From positions 411,680,001 through 411,744,000 of the forward strand of contig OZ024741.1 of NCBI GenBank assembly GCA_964016885.1: a stretch of DNA of 64,000 bases, written 5' to 3'. Made by a program: the position numbers and the translations under genes. This stretch comes from Eledone cirrhosa. Its lineage: Eukaryota. The stretch's first letter is position 1; each line of letters begins with the position of its first letter. This document shows, in pieces, positions 12,701-26,304 of this stretch. The notes beneath the pieces were generated by a model, which worked only from the letters and a program-made list of their open reading frames with translations, was not told the origin of the DNA and made no database searches.

Positions 12701-13942
12701 ATCTTCTTTCCGTGCTGTTTACTGTTAAACTCCAGAACATCTCGTATTTATTTTTGTATATTTATGACCCCGATCTCCTCCTATACGTCCCTTAGTTTAA
12801 GACGATTTAATGTAGATTTAACTGTTATTTCTAGCATGTCAAGTAGAGGCCCCACTAATTAGTGGGTGTCAAAAATGAAATTAAGTTGTAAAAAACATTT
12901 CAACAAACCAAGATTAACAGCCAGATATTCTGTTATATTTAATTCACTAATAAGATAATTCTCCATCTATTCTGAGAATGTACAGTTAATACTTCAACAA
13001 ATATTAAGATTTAATTTATTTTTATATATTCCTGCATAATTCTTCTAATCCCAACACAAAATAATGTTTAAAAGACGAAAAATTTCTACTTCATAATTTC
13101 ACATAAATTTAATCTTAATAAAACTATGGTAAAATTTACCAAATCTGGAATTATTTATATTTAAACATCGGTTTTATTTCCTCAAAATTATAACAGAACT
13201 ATTTGCCCAGGGCTCCGTTGTTCACCCCTTCCTTTACATTTTCTTTAATATTGTAACATTAAAAGAATTTATCTTTCTGAAAGAATCGCGAGCAATTTAT
13301 AATGTTATCTAAGCAATTTAAAACATATTTGTTATGTTATTCTACTGTAAATTTATTTACTATTTATAATGATTTTATTTAACACAGTCAACTTTATATC
13401 GTATTTCCCTCTATACCCAATGTTATATATAGAAGCCTGTCTATATTATCTGTTTACACTATACTAATGTATTGAGTACCTTACTTATAATTATTATACA
13501 TTTGTTTAATTTATATGTAATATCTTTTTTAAAATATGTATTAAATAGGAGATTAAATAACTTTTTATGTTTTATATTTGATATACTTTTGTGTGGTTCC
13601 TAACAATAATTTACTACTTTTTTTATGTTTATATTTTTTTTATTGTGTAATGATTTGTAATGATATACAACTGTGAATAATAGAAATTTATAATGTTATG
13701 TATGTATATATATATCTATATATAGATAGATATGTCTGATGGTAGCTAAGATGCTTCCATAGGCGGTGTGTCGGTTGAGCACTCTATGCTGCTACAGAGC
13801 AGAGTGTGATATTTATTTCATAAATATATCCTTCATAGTTGCACAAACAACATTACAAATCGTTTGCAATTCCTTCAGAATGAAAATATAAACAGAGCAT
13901 ATAAATAAATTTACGGTAGAATAACATAACAAATATGTTTTA

Positions 13943-14220
13943 AATTTTTCACGTTCAGAGTTGCTGAAGCATGGAACAAACTGCCTGCGTCAGTTGTTAG
14001 CTGCCGGGACACTGCATCCTTTAAGACACTCATGCTTCCCGAAATACGCCAAAACTACACCTGATGTACCCCTTCCATACACATACACACATGTGTGTAT
14101 CATGACTCATGCACTGTTCATTTTCCTGATGTTTGTACATTACCCTATGTACTATACATACACTTTTTGATGAGTTGTAGTGCACCTGAGCACTGTACAC
14201 AATATTTCATTATTATTATT
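13943..14220 (+). mobile_element. 5'-truncated CR1 LINE 3' end with (ATT)n tail, inserted in the CRE-like 3' UTR
   Basis: Homologous to 49530-49803. CRE 3' UTR sequence continues on both sides (compare 16730-16800). Confidence 0.8.
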
Positions 14221-15463
14221 ATATATACATAAATAACATTACAAATGCCTCGGTAACACTACAAAGGATGTTACAATGAAAGATATATTCCTTCAATGCT
14301 ACAATATTAAAGGAAGGGATGAACAACGGAGCCAACACCAGAGTAAAGGACAGCAACGTCGCGAGTACTGGGCAACCTCTCTAATGAGTTTTGAGGCAAG
14401 CCAGCACACTGGCAGCATTGCCTCGGGTGATGGCGAGGCTGATGCGCTGAAACAGCCTAGCACCCTCGCGAGATTCGCCAGTCACTTCTATTAGGCGAGC
14501 CGCCAGTGAGGAAAGGAACCTCGCAGTCAGCAGCCCGACTCCCTCAAACGTCTCGAAAGTCACAGGCTGAAAAATATAGCTGACCGACAGAGCAGAGTAT
14601 TTGAGGGTCTTACTCCGCTTGGCTGCAGAAGCAGTGGTTCTCGTCCTAACCGCAAGATCCAGGATGTGGGAAAGAGCAAAGGAGTCACTAACAGTGACGT
14701 CCCAGACATGGCACCTGCCTCTCGACCAGGGGCACAGGGTAAGACCGCCAGGTCTTTTGTCGTCACTTCTGGACAACCAAGATGGTTCCAAGACTGAGGG
14801 GATTTTCGTCCGGGCCAAATCTCTCTTCAGAATGAGGTTTAGCTCCGTGCGGGCGCGAAGCGGCCGGCATTCAGGCGGCAAGAAAGAGAGTGGAGGCCTG
14901 TAGAGTCGAGGAGTTTGCCGCATCGGCACCTCAAACCCATGCAGACGTCAGCTCCCACTCTGAGGGCGATGGAGACACGAAGTTCGTCCAGGCTCAGTAG
15001 GCCACCAACGTTGGCCACGGGTAGGGCATCGACCTAGTCGCCTGTTGGAACTAATCCATGTTGGAGTGGAGAGGATGCTGCTCACCAGGGTGGAGCAAAA
15101 GAAGCAGGGGAGAGAGAGGGACGAACACTTACGAAGACCAAGACCCTCCAAATCGCTTGGGCAACGCAGCCTGATCGCGGGACTCCGGAGAGAGTCTAAC
15201 ATTGACCAGACACTCGAGTCTCTCGAAGATTAGGTCGTCGAAGCGTTGGAGGCATGACGGAAATCTGTGAGAGGAGCTGACCCTGAGCAGATACAGAAGC
15301 TTAGGAATAGACAGGTAGTTCCTGAGTATGAAGAAACCTTGATGGGGTTCGATAACTTCAATATTCCTCAGCAACTGTTCAAGGCCAACCATCTTCGATT
15401 GGAAGGTTGACTCGAAGGCCAGGTCTATATCTTTCATTATATCATCCTTTGTAGTGTTACCGA
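14221..15463 (-). mobile_element. 5'-truncated CRE-like (RLE-type) non-LTR retrotransposon
   Basis: Post-RT motif QAALPKRFGG/LGLR and RLE-like KRPGGLTLCPWSRGRCHVWDVTVSD...FETFEGVG...RISLAITRGNAASVL. Frameshifted. Confidence 0.75.
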
Positions 15464-16458
15464 CGCAGAGTATGATAGAATGGAAAACGAAAAATCAGTG
15501 ATGCATCGAAACTCAATTTATTAGTTCCGATGCATCACTGATTTTTCGTTTTCCATTATATATATATATATATATTATTTAATAAAAAAAAGTTATTACG
15601 ACAGTTGTGGTGAAGACTTACTCGATAACACCAAACGTAAATATTAACGAACAATAAATAATTACAACGGTTAATTAGATGGACTGTGGCATCGTAAACG
15701 ACAGGTGCGACTTCTGTAAATATTGTTGACTTCTAATGTACATTTAAAAATCACACAAGATGTACAAGGTAGAAGTTGGTTTACTGAGCAACCTGTACAA
15801 ATAGTTTGTTTAAAGTGTCCAGTTGTCTGTACCACACAACACTCTCTCCACATTATAACATCAAGTGTATCTATACATGGTATGCCACATGTCAGGTAAT
15901 ATCAGACTTTGGGAATAAGATTCCTCCATCTCCTAGGCTGGTTGTCTTAATGAGACTAAAGAGTCTAACCTACTTTACTGAACCAAAACCAAACATATAT
16001 ATATATATAGAGAGAGAGATATGTTTGGTAATTCCGAAGGAAAAAAAATATATATATAAAGTAAGTTTGTTTTGAAACAGCGAGCGGTTTGAAATTTAGT
16101 AGAAATAGAAGCTTTCATCGTATTTTTGACCAAAGAAATTTTAGCCTGACTGGGGTTTAAAACCCTCTAAAAATGGAAAAGGGTGAGTATATATAAACAT
16201 GAAGTCAACGGGTTATAATTCACTTGGTTTATTCACAATTCATGTTTATAAATATACTCCGGAGTAAACATTCACTTGCTTTGTCCTGCTGAAGTGTCGG
16301 TGATAAACTAACATATACTCTAATTATATATATATATATATATATATACACAGTGTATGGTAAGTATGTGTATATATATTTCTAGGTGGTATCTAGAAGA
16401 TATGCTTTCATTTCTTCATAGCGGCCGATGGTTTTCACCCTAATTTTATAAGCATTAC

Positions 16459-16800
16459 AAATATGTTTTAAATATATATATAAATAACATTACAAATACT
16501 TAAATAACATTATAAATTGCTCGCGATTCTTCCAGAAAGATATATTATTTTAGTTTAATGTTGCAAACTCATTAGAGAGGTTGCCCAGTGCCCCTCGTTG
16601 CTGTCTTTTGTTCTGGTGTTGGTTCCGTTGTTCAATCCTTCCTTTACATTTTCTTTAATATTGTAACATTAAAAGTATATATTCTGGAAGAATCGCGAAC
16701 AATTTATAATATTATCTAAGCATTTGTAATGTTATTTATGTATATATTTAGAACATATTTGTTATGTTATTCTACTGTAAATTTATTTATATGCTTTGTA
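16459..16800 (+). mobile_element. Short CRE-like 3' remnant with fold-back inverted arms
   Basis: The loop contains CTCATTAGAGAGGTTGCCCAGT, the reverse complement of 14367-14388. Arms at 16459-16537 and 16682-16760. Confidence 0.65.
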
Positions 16801-16986
16801 TAATAAAATATTTCATAAGCTATCTTTATAGCATTTCTTCACTTGAGCACTTTCTTTATACTCATATATATATATATAAATATATAAATATAAATATATA
16901 TATAAATATATATATATATAAATAAATATATATAAATAAATAAATATATATAAATAAATATATATAAATAAATATATATATATATA

Positions 16987-17174
16987 TAGCTTTCACCGTA
17001 TTTTTAACTAAAGGAATTTTAGCTTGATAACGGGGTTTAGAACCCTCAGATAAATGGAAAAAGATGAGTATTGACGTACATGTACGTCAATACTCATCTT
17101 TTTCCATTTATCTGAGGGTTCTAAACCCCGTTATCAAGCTAAAATTCCTTTAGTTAAAAATACGGTGAAAGCTA
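16987..17174. repeat. Perfect 188-bp palindrome with no spacer
   Basis: Centre ...TTGACGTACA|TGTACGTCAA... at 17080/17081. The 94-bp arms read as exact reverse complements. Confidence 0.93.
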
Positions 17175-17219
17175 AATATTTTCTAATTTCAAACTCGCTC
17201 ACTGTTTCAAAACATACTT

Positions 17220-18271
<1,052 letters not shown>

Positions 18272-18792
18272 TTTTAGTACAGCATTAACGAAGCTTTAGT
18301 TCGTGGCCAAGCTAACGAATGCAAATTCGTCTGTAGCTTTACCACTCGGATGGGAAAAAGTACCCCCAGAGTAATAACAATACGTTTAGACAGCTTAGCA
18401 AATCAAATATATTGATCGGCAGTCCAGCCGCATCGCTAGAGCAACGAAAATACAGGCCTCAGGAAAAGATTTTATTTGGGGTGTTTCCTACATGATAGCA
18501 GCACAAACTGACGTGTCCAAACATTAAAGGAAAGTTTTCTCTCCCCAACAAAAATGTTATTAATACAAGAAAACCACCTTCCCCGTTTATATTTGATATT
18601 ATATTTCATATTACTGAGGTTCCTAACAATAATTAATTGTATTTTTTATATTTTCATTCTGTAAGAATTTGTAATAAATGGACATTTTATTTACAATTGT
18701 ATAAATAACATTAGGAATTATAATTCTTACAGAATTAAACTAGCCACAAATAATATAAAACGCACACATAAAAGGAAAATGAATGAACTTAC

Positions 18793-18827
18793 CCCTCAAT
18801 TCCTGCAAAGTATTTCTCTCCGGCCAT
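18793..18827 (-). CDS. NAGK: N-acetyl-D-glucosamine kinase, first coding exon
   Basis: ATG GCC GGA GAG AAA TAC TTT GCA GGA ATT GAG GG|GTAAG encodes MAGEKYFAGIEG. The phase-2 end fits exon 2. Compare vertebrate MAAIYGGVEGGGT. Confidence 0.85.
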
Positions 18828-19189
18828 AACAACGTTGCAAGACAAAATATAAAACTAATCTAAAATTAATTGGATCTGTTGTGTTGTTGAAACAGAAATA
18901 TTGTTTGGGAAGACTTAAACGACTGGAGCAGATGTCTGTCCTCTTGTTAACCCAGTCAATACTGAGAAGTTAGAGGAATGTTTAACAAGTCCGGCTGACA
19001 CACGACAACGATAGTTTATAAATTGTAACAATATATTTTGTGTGGTTTTTCTCTTTTAAAGACACCAGAAATTATCGGTAAACTATTTCTTGCCCTTTTT
19101 TTCCTTTCAATCTTTGGTGTTGGAGAAGTTGGGTGGGGAAGTTTGGTCGATAATAAAGAAGTTACTGTCATTGTTTGGCGGCCCACTTT

Positions 19190-19472
19190 ATTGACGTATC
19201 AGGTGGTGCTTGGTTGTTTCAGTGTCTTAACCTCACCATCACTTCGCTTTACTAAGGTTTTAGGTGGTATTCATGGCGAGGGTGCTTGGTTATTTCAGTG
19301 TCTTAGCCCCGCCATCACTTCATCTTACTGACGCATCAGTTGCTAATCATGGTGAGAGCGTTTGACTATTCCAGTGCCTTAGCCTCGCTATCACTTCCTC
19401 CTTACTGACGTATTAGGTGATATTCATGGTGAGAGCGCTTGGCTATTTCAGTGTCTTTGCCTCGCCATCACT
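19190..19472 (+). repeat. Diverged about 76-bp tandem repeat (about 4 units), probably from a CRE-like C-terminal coding segment
   Basis: Recurring ATCACT at 19238, 19314, 19390 and 19467. Translates as EGAWLFQCLSPAIT, like EGARLFQRISLAIT. Confidence 0.55.
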
Positions 19473-19539
19473 CAATGTCCTGAATACAACACCAACATCT
19501 CTGTTGTGTAATTTTGAATGTTTTTGGATCTCAGACTTG

Positions 19540-20220
19540 CACTTGATAGGTTTGATGCTGAGTGCTGCATGGCTGGGATGAAAACCAGTGCTGTGAAAAC
19601 TGAGGCAGTTGTCCTCTCAAGGAAGCCTGCACTGTGCCCTCTACATGTAAATTGAGTTCCACTGAAGCAGGTAGAGAAGTTCAAGTATCTCAGGACCGTG
19701 TTCTCGAGTGATGGAAGGCAGGAGGCTAAATTAAGTGCAAGAATTACAGGAGCTGGTGCAGCAATGTGCCAGCTTCAACATACGGTAATCAGAAGAAGGG
19801 AGGTAGTTTTAAAAGCCAAACTCACTATCTTCAATTTGGTATTCATGCCAACCCTTATATGGTCATGAATCTTGGGTAATGACTGAAAGAATACGATCGT
19901 GAATACAAGTGGCCGAAATGGGGTTCCTCCGAAGGATCTTTGGAGTAACATTACTCGATAAAGTGTGTAACTGGAAGATCAGAGAGTCACTCCAGGCAGA
20001 GCCACTACTTCCCTGAATTAAGAGATCACAGCTCCAATACTATAGACATGGGGTTAGAATGTCTCAGGAAAGAATCACTGGATAGATTTTACAGGCAAAA
20101 TGAACTGGCAGGAGACCCAGGGGTAGATCACGAGCAAGATGGTTGGATGAACTTGGCTGGTTTTGCTTGGGGATCCAGCCGAATCAGTTGGAGGTGGTTG
20201 CTTCTGACAGAACTGGATCA
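19540..20220 (+). mobile_element. Decayed RTE-clade LINE 3' fragment
   Basis: Translates to QVEKFKYL..VFSSDG, YGHESWVMT, AEMGFLRRIFGVT, typical of the RTE post-RT region. Confidence 0.75.
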
Positions 20221-21122
20221 ATAGGGAAAGAACCTTGCTTAAAGATATGATGTATCATTTGGTCCAAGAACTGAATATAAAGCCATAAATGTTGACTAAA
20301 AGGGTAAGGGTGCCAGGAAGGGTTTCTGGCTGTAAAAAACATTGCTTCAAAAAGGACCCCATACTAAGTGTCAGTCATGGGCACCGCACGGCTAACACTT
20401 GCTTTAGCAGGGAAAAGGAAAGGAGCAGAGATGATCATTACATCAGATGAAAGGAATAATGAATCCATTGTTGATGTCTGCCAGTCATAACACCTGGCAG
20501 GAGCTGGGATTTGAACTCAGAATATACAGAGCCAGATCAGATACTACAAATCACCTTGACTGACTCTAGTAATTCTACCAATTCACTGACTCTCTAGTTA
20601 TTCTACCAATTCACTGACTGACCCTCTAGTAACTCTACCAATTCACTGTCCCAGGAGAGGTACTTTATTTACTGACCCAGAAAGTATGAAAGACAAAGTT
20701 GACCTCGGTGAGATTTGAACTCAGAATGCAGTAAGCCAGAACAAACATGATCAAATTAATCAACAAGATTCCAGACCTCATTCATTTACCAAGCGGGGTG
20801 GAACTTGTCAAATCGGACCAAGGAAACAATGTTTCCATTGTTGATACCAGTCTCAACTCCTGGCAGAAAGAATGTGAAATAGTGTGTCTTGCTCAAGGAC
20901 ATAGCACATCACCCTGTCCCAGAATCAAACTCACAACCTCACAATTCAGAATCCAATCGTCTAACCACTAAGCCACATGCCTGAGATGTCCTAACAACTC
21001 TGCCAAATCGAGGCAGAAGACGTGTATTTAACTCTGAACTACACTAAATAACTTGGAAGTAAACCAAAGTAAAAACTTTTATGTGATACAGTCAGTATTT
21101 CTTTTTTTTTTGTACTTTTTAA

Positions 21123-23251
21123 CCCTTTAGCATTTACATTACTCTATATATACTATTGTATTGTCACAGTAAAGGTTTTACCTCACATAACATTTACAGT
21201 ACTCTATATATACTATTGTATTGTCACAGTAAAGGCTTTATCTCACATAATATCTCACATAACATTTACATTACTCTATATATACTATTGTATTTTCACA
21301 GTAAAGGCTTTACCTCACATAATATCTCACATAACATTTACATTACTCTATATATACTATTGTATTGTCACAGTAAAGGCTTTATCTCACATAATATCTC
21401 ACATAACATTTACATTACTCTATATATACTATTGTATTTTCACAGTAAAGGCTTTACCTCACATAATATCTCACATAACATTTACATTACTCTATATATA
21501 CTATTGTATTTTCACAGTAAAGACTTTACCTCACATAATATCTCACATAACATTTACATTACTCTATATATACTATTGTATTGTCACAGTAAAGGCTTTA
21601 TCTCACATAATATCTCACATAACATTTACATTACTCTATATATACTATTGTATTTTCACAGTAAAGACTTTACCTCACATAATATCTCACATAACATTTA
21701 CATTACTCTATATATACTATTGTATTTTCACAGTAACGGTTTTACCTCACATAATATCTCACATAACATTTACATTACTCTATATATACTATATTTTCAT
21801 AGTAAAGGCTTTATCTCACATAATATCTCACATAACATTTACAGTACTCTATATATACTATTGTATTGTCACAGTAAAGGCTTTATCTCACATAATATCT
21901 CACATAACATTTACATTACTCTATATATACTATTGTATTGTCACAGTAAAGGCTTTATCTCACATAATATCTCACATAACATTTACATTACTCTATATAT
22001 ACTATTGTATTTTCACAGTAAAGGCTTTACCTCACATAATATCTCACATAACATTTACATTACTCTATATATACTATATTTTCATAGTAAAGGCTTTATC
22101 TCACATAATATCTCACATAACATTTACATTACTCTATATATACTATTGTATTTTCACAGTAAAGGTTTTACCTCACATAATATCTCACATAACATTTACA
22201 TTACTCTATATATACTATTGTATTTTCACAGTAAAGGCTTTACCTCACATAATATCTCACATAACATTTACATTACTCTATATACACTATTGTATTGTCA
22301 CAGTAAAGGCTTTACCTCACATAATATCTCACATAACATTTACATTACTCTATATATACTATTGTATTTTCACAGTAAAGGCTTTATCTCACATAATATC
22401 TCACATAACATTTACATTACTCTATATATACTATTGTATTTTCACAGTAAAGGCTTTACCTCACATAATATCTCACATAACATTTACATTACTCTATATA
22501 TACTATATTTTCATAGTAAAGGCTTTATCTCACATAATATCTCACATAACATTTACATTACTCTATATATACTATTGTATTTTCACAGTAAAGGTTTTAC
22601 CTCACATAATATCTCACATAACATTTACATTACTCTATATATACTATTGTATTTTCACAGTAAAGGCTTTACCTCACATAATATCTCACATAACATTTAC
22701 ATTACTCTATATACACTATTGTATTGTCACAGTAAAGGCTTTACCTCACATAATATCTCACATAACATTTACATTACTCTATATATACTATTGTATTTTC
22801 ACAGTAAAGGCTTTATCTCACATAATATCTCACATAACATTTACATTACTCTATATATACTATTGTATTGTCACAGTAAAGGCTTTATCTCACATAATAT
22901 CTCACATAACATTTACATTACTCTATATATACTATTGTATTTTCACAGTAAAGGCTTTACCTCATATAATATCTCACATAACCTTTACATTACTCTATAT
23001 ATCCTATTATATTTTCAGTTAAGGCTTTATCTCACATAATATCTCACATAACATTTACATTACTCTATATAGACTATTGTATTTTCACAGTAAACACTTT
23101 GTCTCACATAATGTTGAATCTATGAGATTTTGATATTATTTATTTTGAGAACAATAACTTAACATAAGTATGAGCAGCCAGTTACGGCCGTTTTAAACAG
23201 AGGGAGGTGAAAGAATTCTGGCCGTATATGGCCGGTTTAAATGCTAAAGGG
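21123..23251 (+). mobile_element. piggyBac-like non-autonomous element (TTAA TSD, 14-bp TIR) filled by a 72-bp minisatellite (about 27 units)
   Basis: TTAA|CCCTTTAGCATTTA at 21119-21136 and TAAATGCTAAAGGG|TTAA at 23238-23255. Array spans about 21130-23113. Confidence 0.85.
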
Positions 23252-24431
23252 TTAAGAATATCTTACTAATGTGGTTCCATGTGGTACAGGACGTTAAAAG
23301 TCAAATTGTTTGTTGTACACATTCCCTAAAATTGTGTGACCTTTGTATGATAAGATTGTGTGACTATTGTGAATATTTGAACTTTGTTTTTCAGATATAC
23401 TAGTCATAAATCTTACTTTCCACCCTGTTTCATTGCTAGGCAACAAGAACAATCTGTTGTAGTTATGATAGTTTCATATTTATTGCTACAGTTAGTTCAA
23501 ATTAGGTGCTACACCAAATAATAGAAACCTGTAGAGGAAGGCCAAGAAAAACCTGGGCAGAGGCTGTCAGAGCTGATCTGACAGTCGAGTTGACAAGAGA
23601 ACACATGAGGAGAGAGACGCTGTGATGGGAAGGAAAGATCTGTTCAATTTATGTAAGGAAAAACAGACGTAAAACAGCGATGACTATCATCATCATCGTC
23701 ATCACATTCCCAAGCGTAAATATTTCATCACATCAAAAGTAAAATAAAAGAAATGGAACAGATATTGAGGAGGTCACTGTACAACCATGTAGTGTCAGGC
23801 AGAATCCCACCAGGGGGGAATTTAGGGCAAGTCTTCTACTATAGCTTTAAGCTGACCAATGCCTTGTGATTGGAAATTGGTAGATAGAAACTGTGTAGAA
23901 GCCTGTCAAATGTTGGTATCTGTAATACAATGGTCCATTCATGTCAGATATTGTGTCATACTGATTCAGCTTGGGATTAAGGTGACATGTGTCTGTGGAA
24001 TACTCAGCCAACTTACACTATAATACAGCCTTGTCACACACTGTGTCATGCTGAATCTCCCTGAGAACTACATTAAAGGTACACCCGACTGTGGAATACT
24101 CAGCCACTTACACTGTAATACAAGATTGACAGTACCTGTAATTCAATGGGCCAGCTGTCTCATATTGGGGATTACGCTATGAATACACATGACCATGGAA
24201 TACTCAACCAGTTTCACCAGGTTGTGTGGTTAAGAAATTTGCTTTGAAATGATTTTGAGTTGAGTCCGACTGGTCAGTAGCTTGAGCAAGTGTCTCTACT
24301 CTAGCCTTGAATTGACCAATACCTTGTGAGTGGATTTACTAGATGGAAGCTACAAGGACGCCGCCTCCATTAACCCAACTACACTTTCACTGCCACAGAG
24401 GTATGACTCCCCACTCCTGTTACCCCCAGTA

Positions 24432-25345
24432 ATGGTGTCATGATATAATACACCCAGTACACTCTGTAAAGTGGTAGTGTTGGTGTCATGATAAAATACA
24501 CCCAGTACACTCTGTAAAGTGGTAGTGTTGGTGTCATGATAAAATACACCCAGTACACTCTGTAAAGTGGTAGCGTTGGTGTCATGATAAAATACACCCA
24601 GTACACTCTGTAAAGTGGTAGTGTTGGTGACATGATATAATACACCCAGTACACTCTGTAAAGTGGTAGTGTTGGTGACATGATATAATACACCCAGTAC
24701 ACTCTGTAAAGTGGTAGTGTTGGTGTCATGATATAATACACCCAGTACACTCTGTAAAGTGGTAGTGTTGGTGTCATGATATAATACACCCAGTACACTC
24801 TGTAAAGTGGTAGTGCTGGTGACATGATATAATACACCCAGTACACTCTGTAAAGTGGTAGTGCTGATGTCATGATAAAATACACCCAGTACACTCTGTA
24901 AAGTGGTAGTGTTGGTGTCATGATACAATACACCCAGTACACTCTGTAAAGTGGTAGTGTTGGTGTCATGATAAAATACACCCAGTACACTCTGTAAAGT
25001 GGTAGTGCTGGTGTCATGATAAAATACACCCAGTACACTCTGTAAAGTGGTAGTGTTGGTGTCATGATACAATACACCCAGTACACCCTGTAAAGTGGTA
25101 GTGCTGATGTCATGATAAAATACACCCAGTACACTCTGTAAAGTGGTAGTGTTGGTGTCATGATACAATACACCCAGTACACTCTGTAAAGTGGTAGTGT
25201 TGGTGTCATGATAAAATACTCCCAGTACACTCTGTAAAGTGGTAGTGCTGGTGTTATGATAAAATACACCCAGTACACTCTGTAATGTGGTAGTGTTGGT
25301 GTCATGATAAAATACACCCAGTACACTCTGTAAAGTGGTTAGTGT
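24432..25345. repeat. 48-bp minisatellite, about 19 copies, amplified from a SINE/RTE 3' segment
   Basis: Unit TGGTGTCATGATAAAATACACCCAGTACACTCTGTAAAGTGGTAGTGT. It runs out into GTGTTAGGAAGGG as in the SINE at 4485-4560. Confidence 0.92.
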
Positions 25346-25439
25346 TAGGAAGGGTATACAGCTATAGAAGCCAAAGTTAATAAAAAATCATTTTTGCAAA
25401 GGAAAACATGTAAAAATAGGTGAAGATTTGATTACATCT

Positions 25440-26037
25440 CATTACCGTTCTGTTTTTCCATGCTTGCATGGGTTGGACGGGTCCTTCTCAGCACAGCATC
25501 TCTCCACTTGTTGCATTCCTTCATCATTTCTACTGTGAGTCTCAGTGATTTGAGGTCAGCTCTCACAACCTCTGTCCAGGTCTTTCTTGATCATCCTGTA
25601 CTGTGGCTTCCTTCCTCTGAGATTTCCTGGCCCTTCTTTATCCAGGAATCATTACCCATGCACATCACATGTCCATACCAATGCAGTCTTCTCTCTACCA
25701 CCTCGGATTCCTCTTAAACCCAGTTTCTCCCTCAGTTCATCCAAGCTCTGCCTCTATCTCACACTTACATTGCACATCCAACAAAATATGGTTGCTTCAT
25801 TTCTCTCCAGCCTACACATCTTCTGCAATCACTGCTCATGTTTCACTACCATGCAGTATTGCACACAGGCATCCTTTTATACGTAGGGAGAAACCTTGTT
25901 GTCAACAGAGGGAGTAGTTCTCTAAACTTCTTCCATCCTATTCTTCTTCTAACTGTTACCCTCTCAGAACACCCTCTCCACTGCTAATTAGGTCACCTAG
26001 ATAGCAGAAGCTATCAACCACTTCTATGGACTCTTCC
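25440..26037 (-). mobile_element. Old RTE LINE 3' fragment
   Basis: Diverged homolog of 26600-27200 (CATCACATGTCCATACCA; GTCACCTAGATAGCAGAAGCT). Confidence 0.7.
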
Positions 26038-26304
26038 TTATATATGTGTATATATATATATATATATATTTATAAATTCATGGGTAAAAGCAAGCAAGAT
26101 AAAATCATAAGAAGTTAACTTACTTCCTTTATATGATTTTGTCACATCACTAGTCTGAGGAGATTGATACTGGAGTTGGACGGACCCATGACATTGACAT
26201 CTATGGGTGACCTTCAGCCAATCCTGTGTGAAATGCGCGAAACAGTTCGATACACAATAAAAAGCTAATACATGTAAGCGAAACCTCCTCATTTTTTCTA
26301 ACAT

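Noticed and set aside
21156-23039. 627-aa ORF (and 216-aa ORF at 3366..4016)
   Set aside because: Translation of a stop-free 72-bp minisatellite inside a MITE. It has no ATG start or splice context and no recognisable protein.
24350-25326. 272-aa and 315-aa repetitive ORFs
   Set aside because: By-products of a 48-bp SINE-derived tandem repeat.
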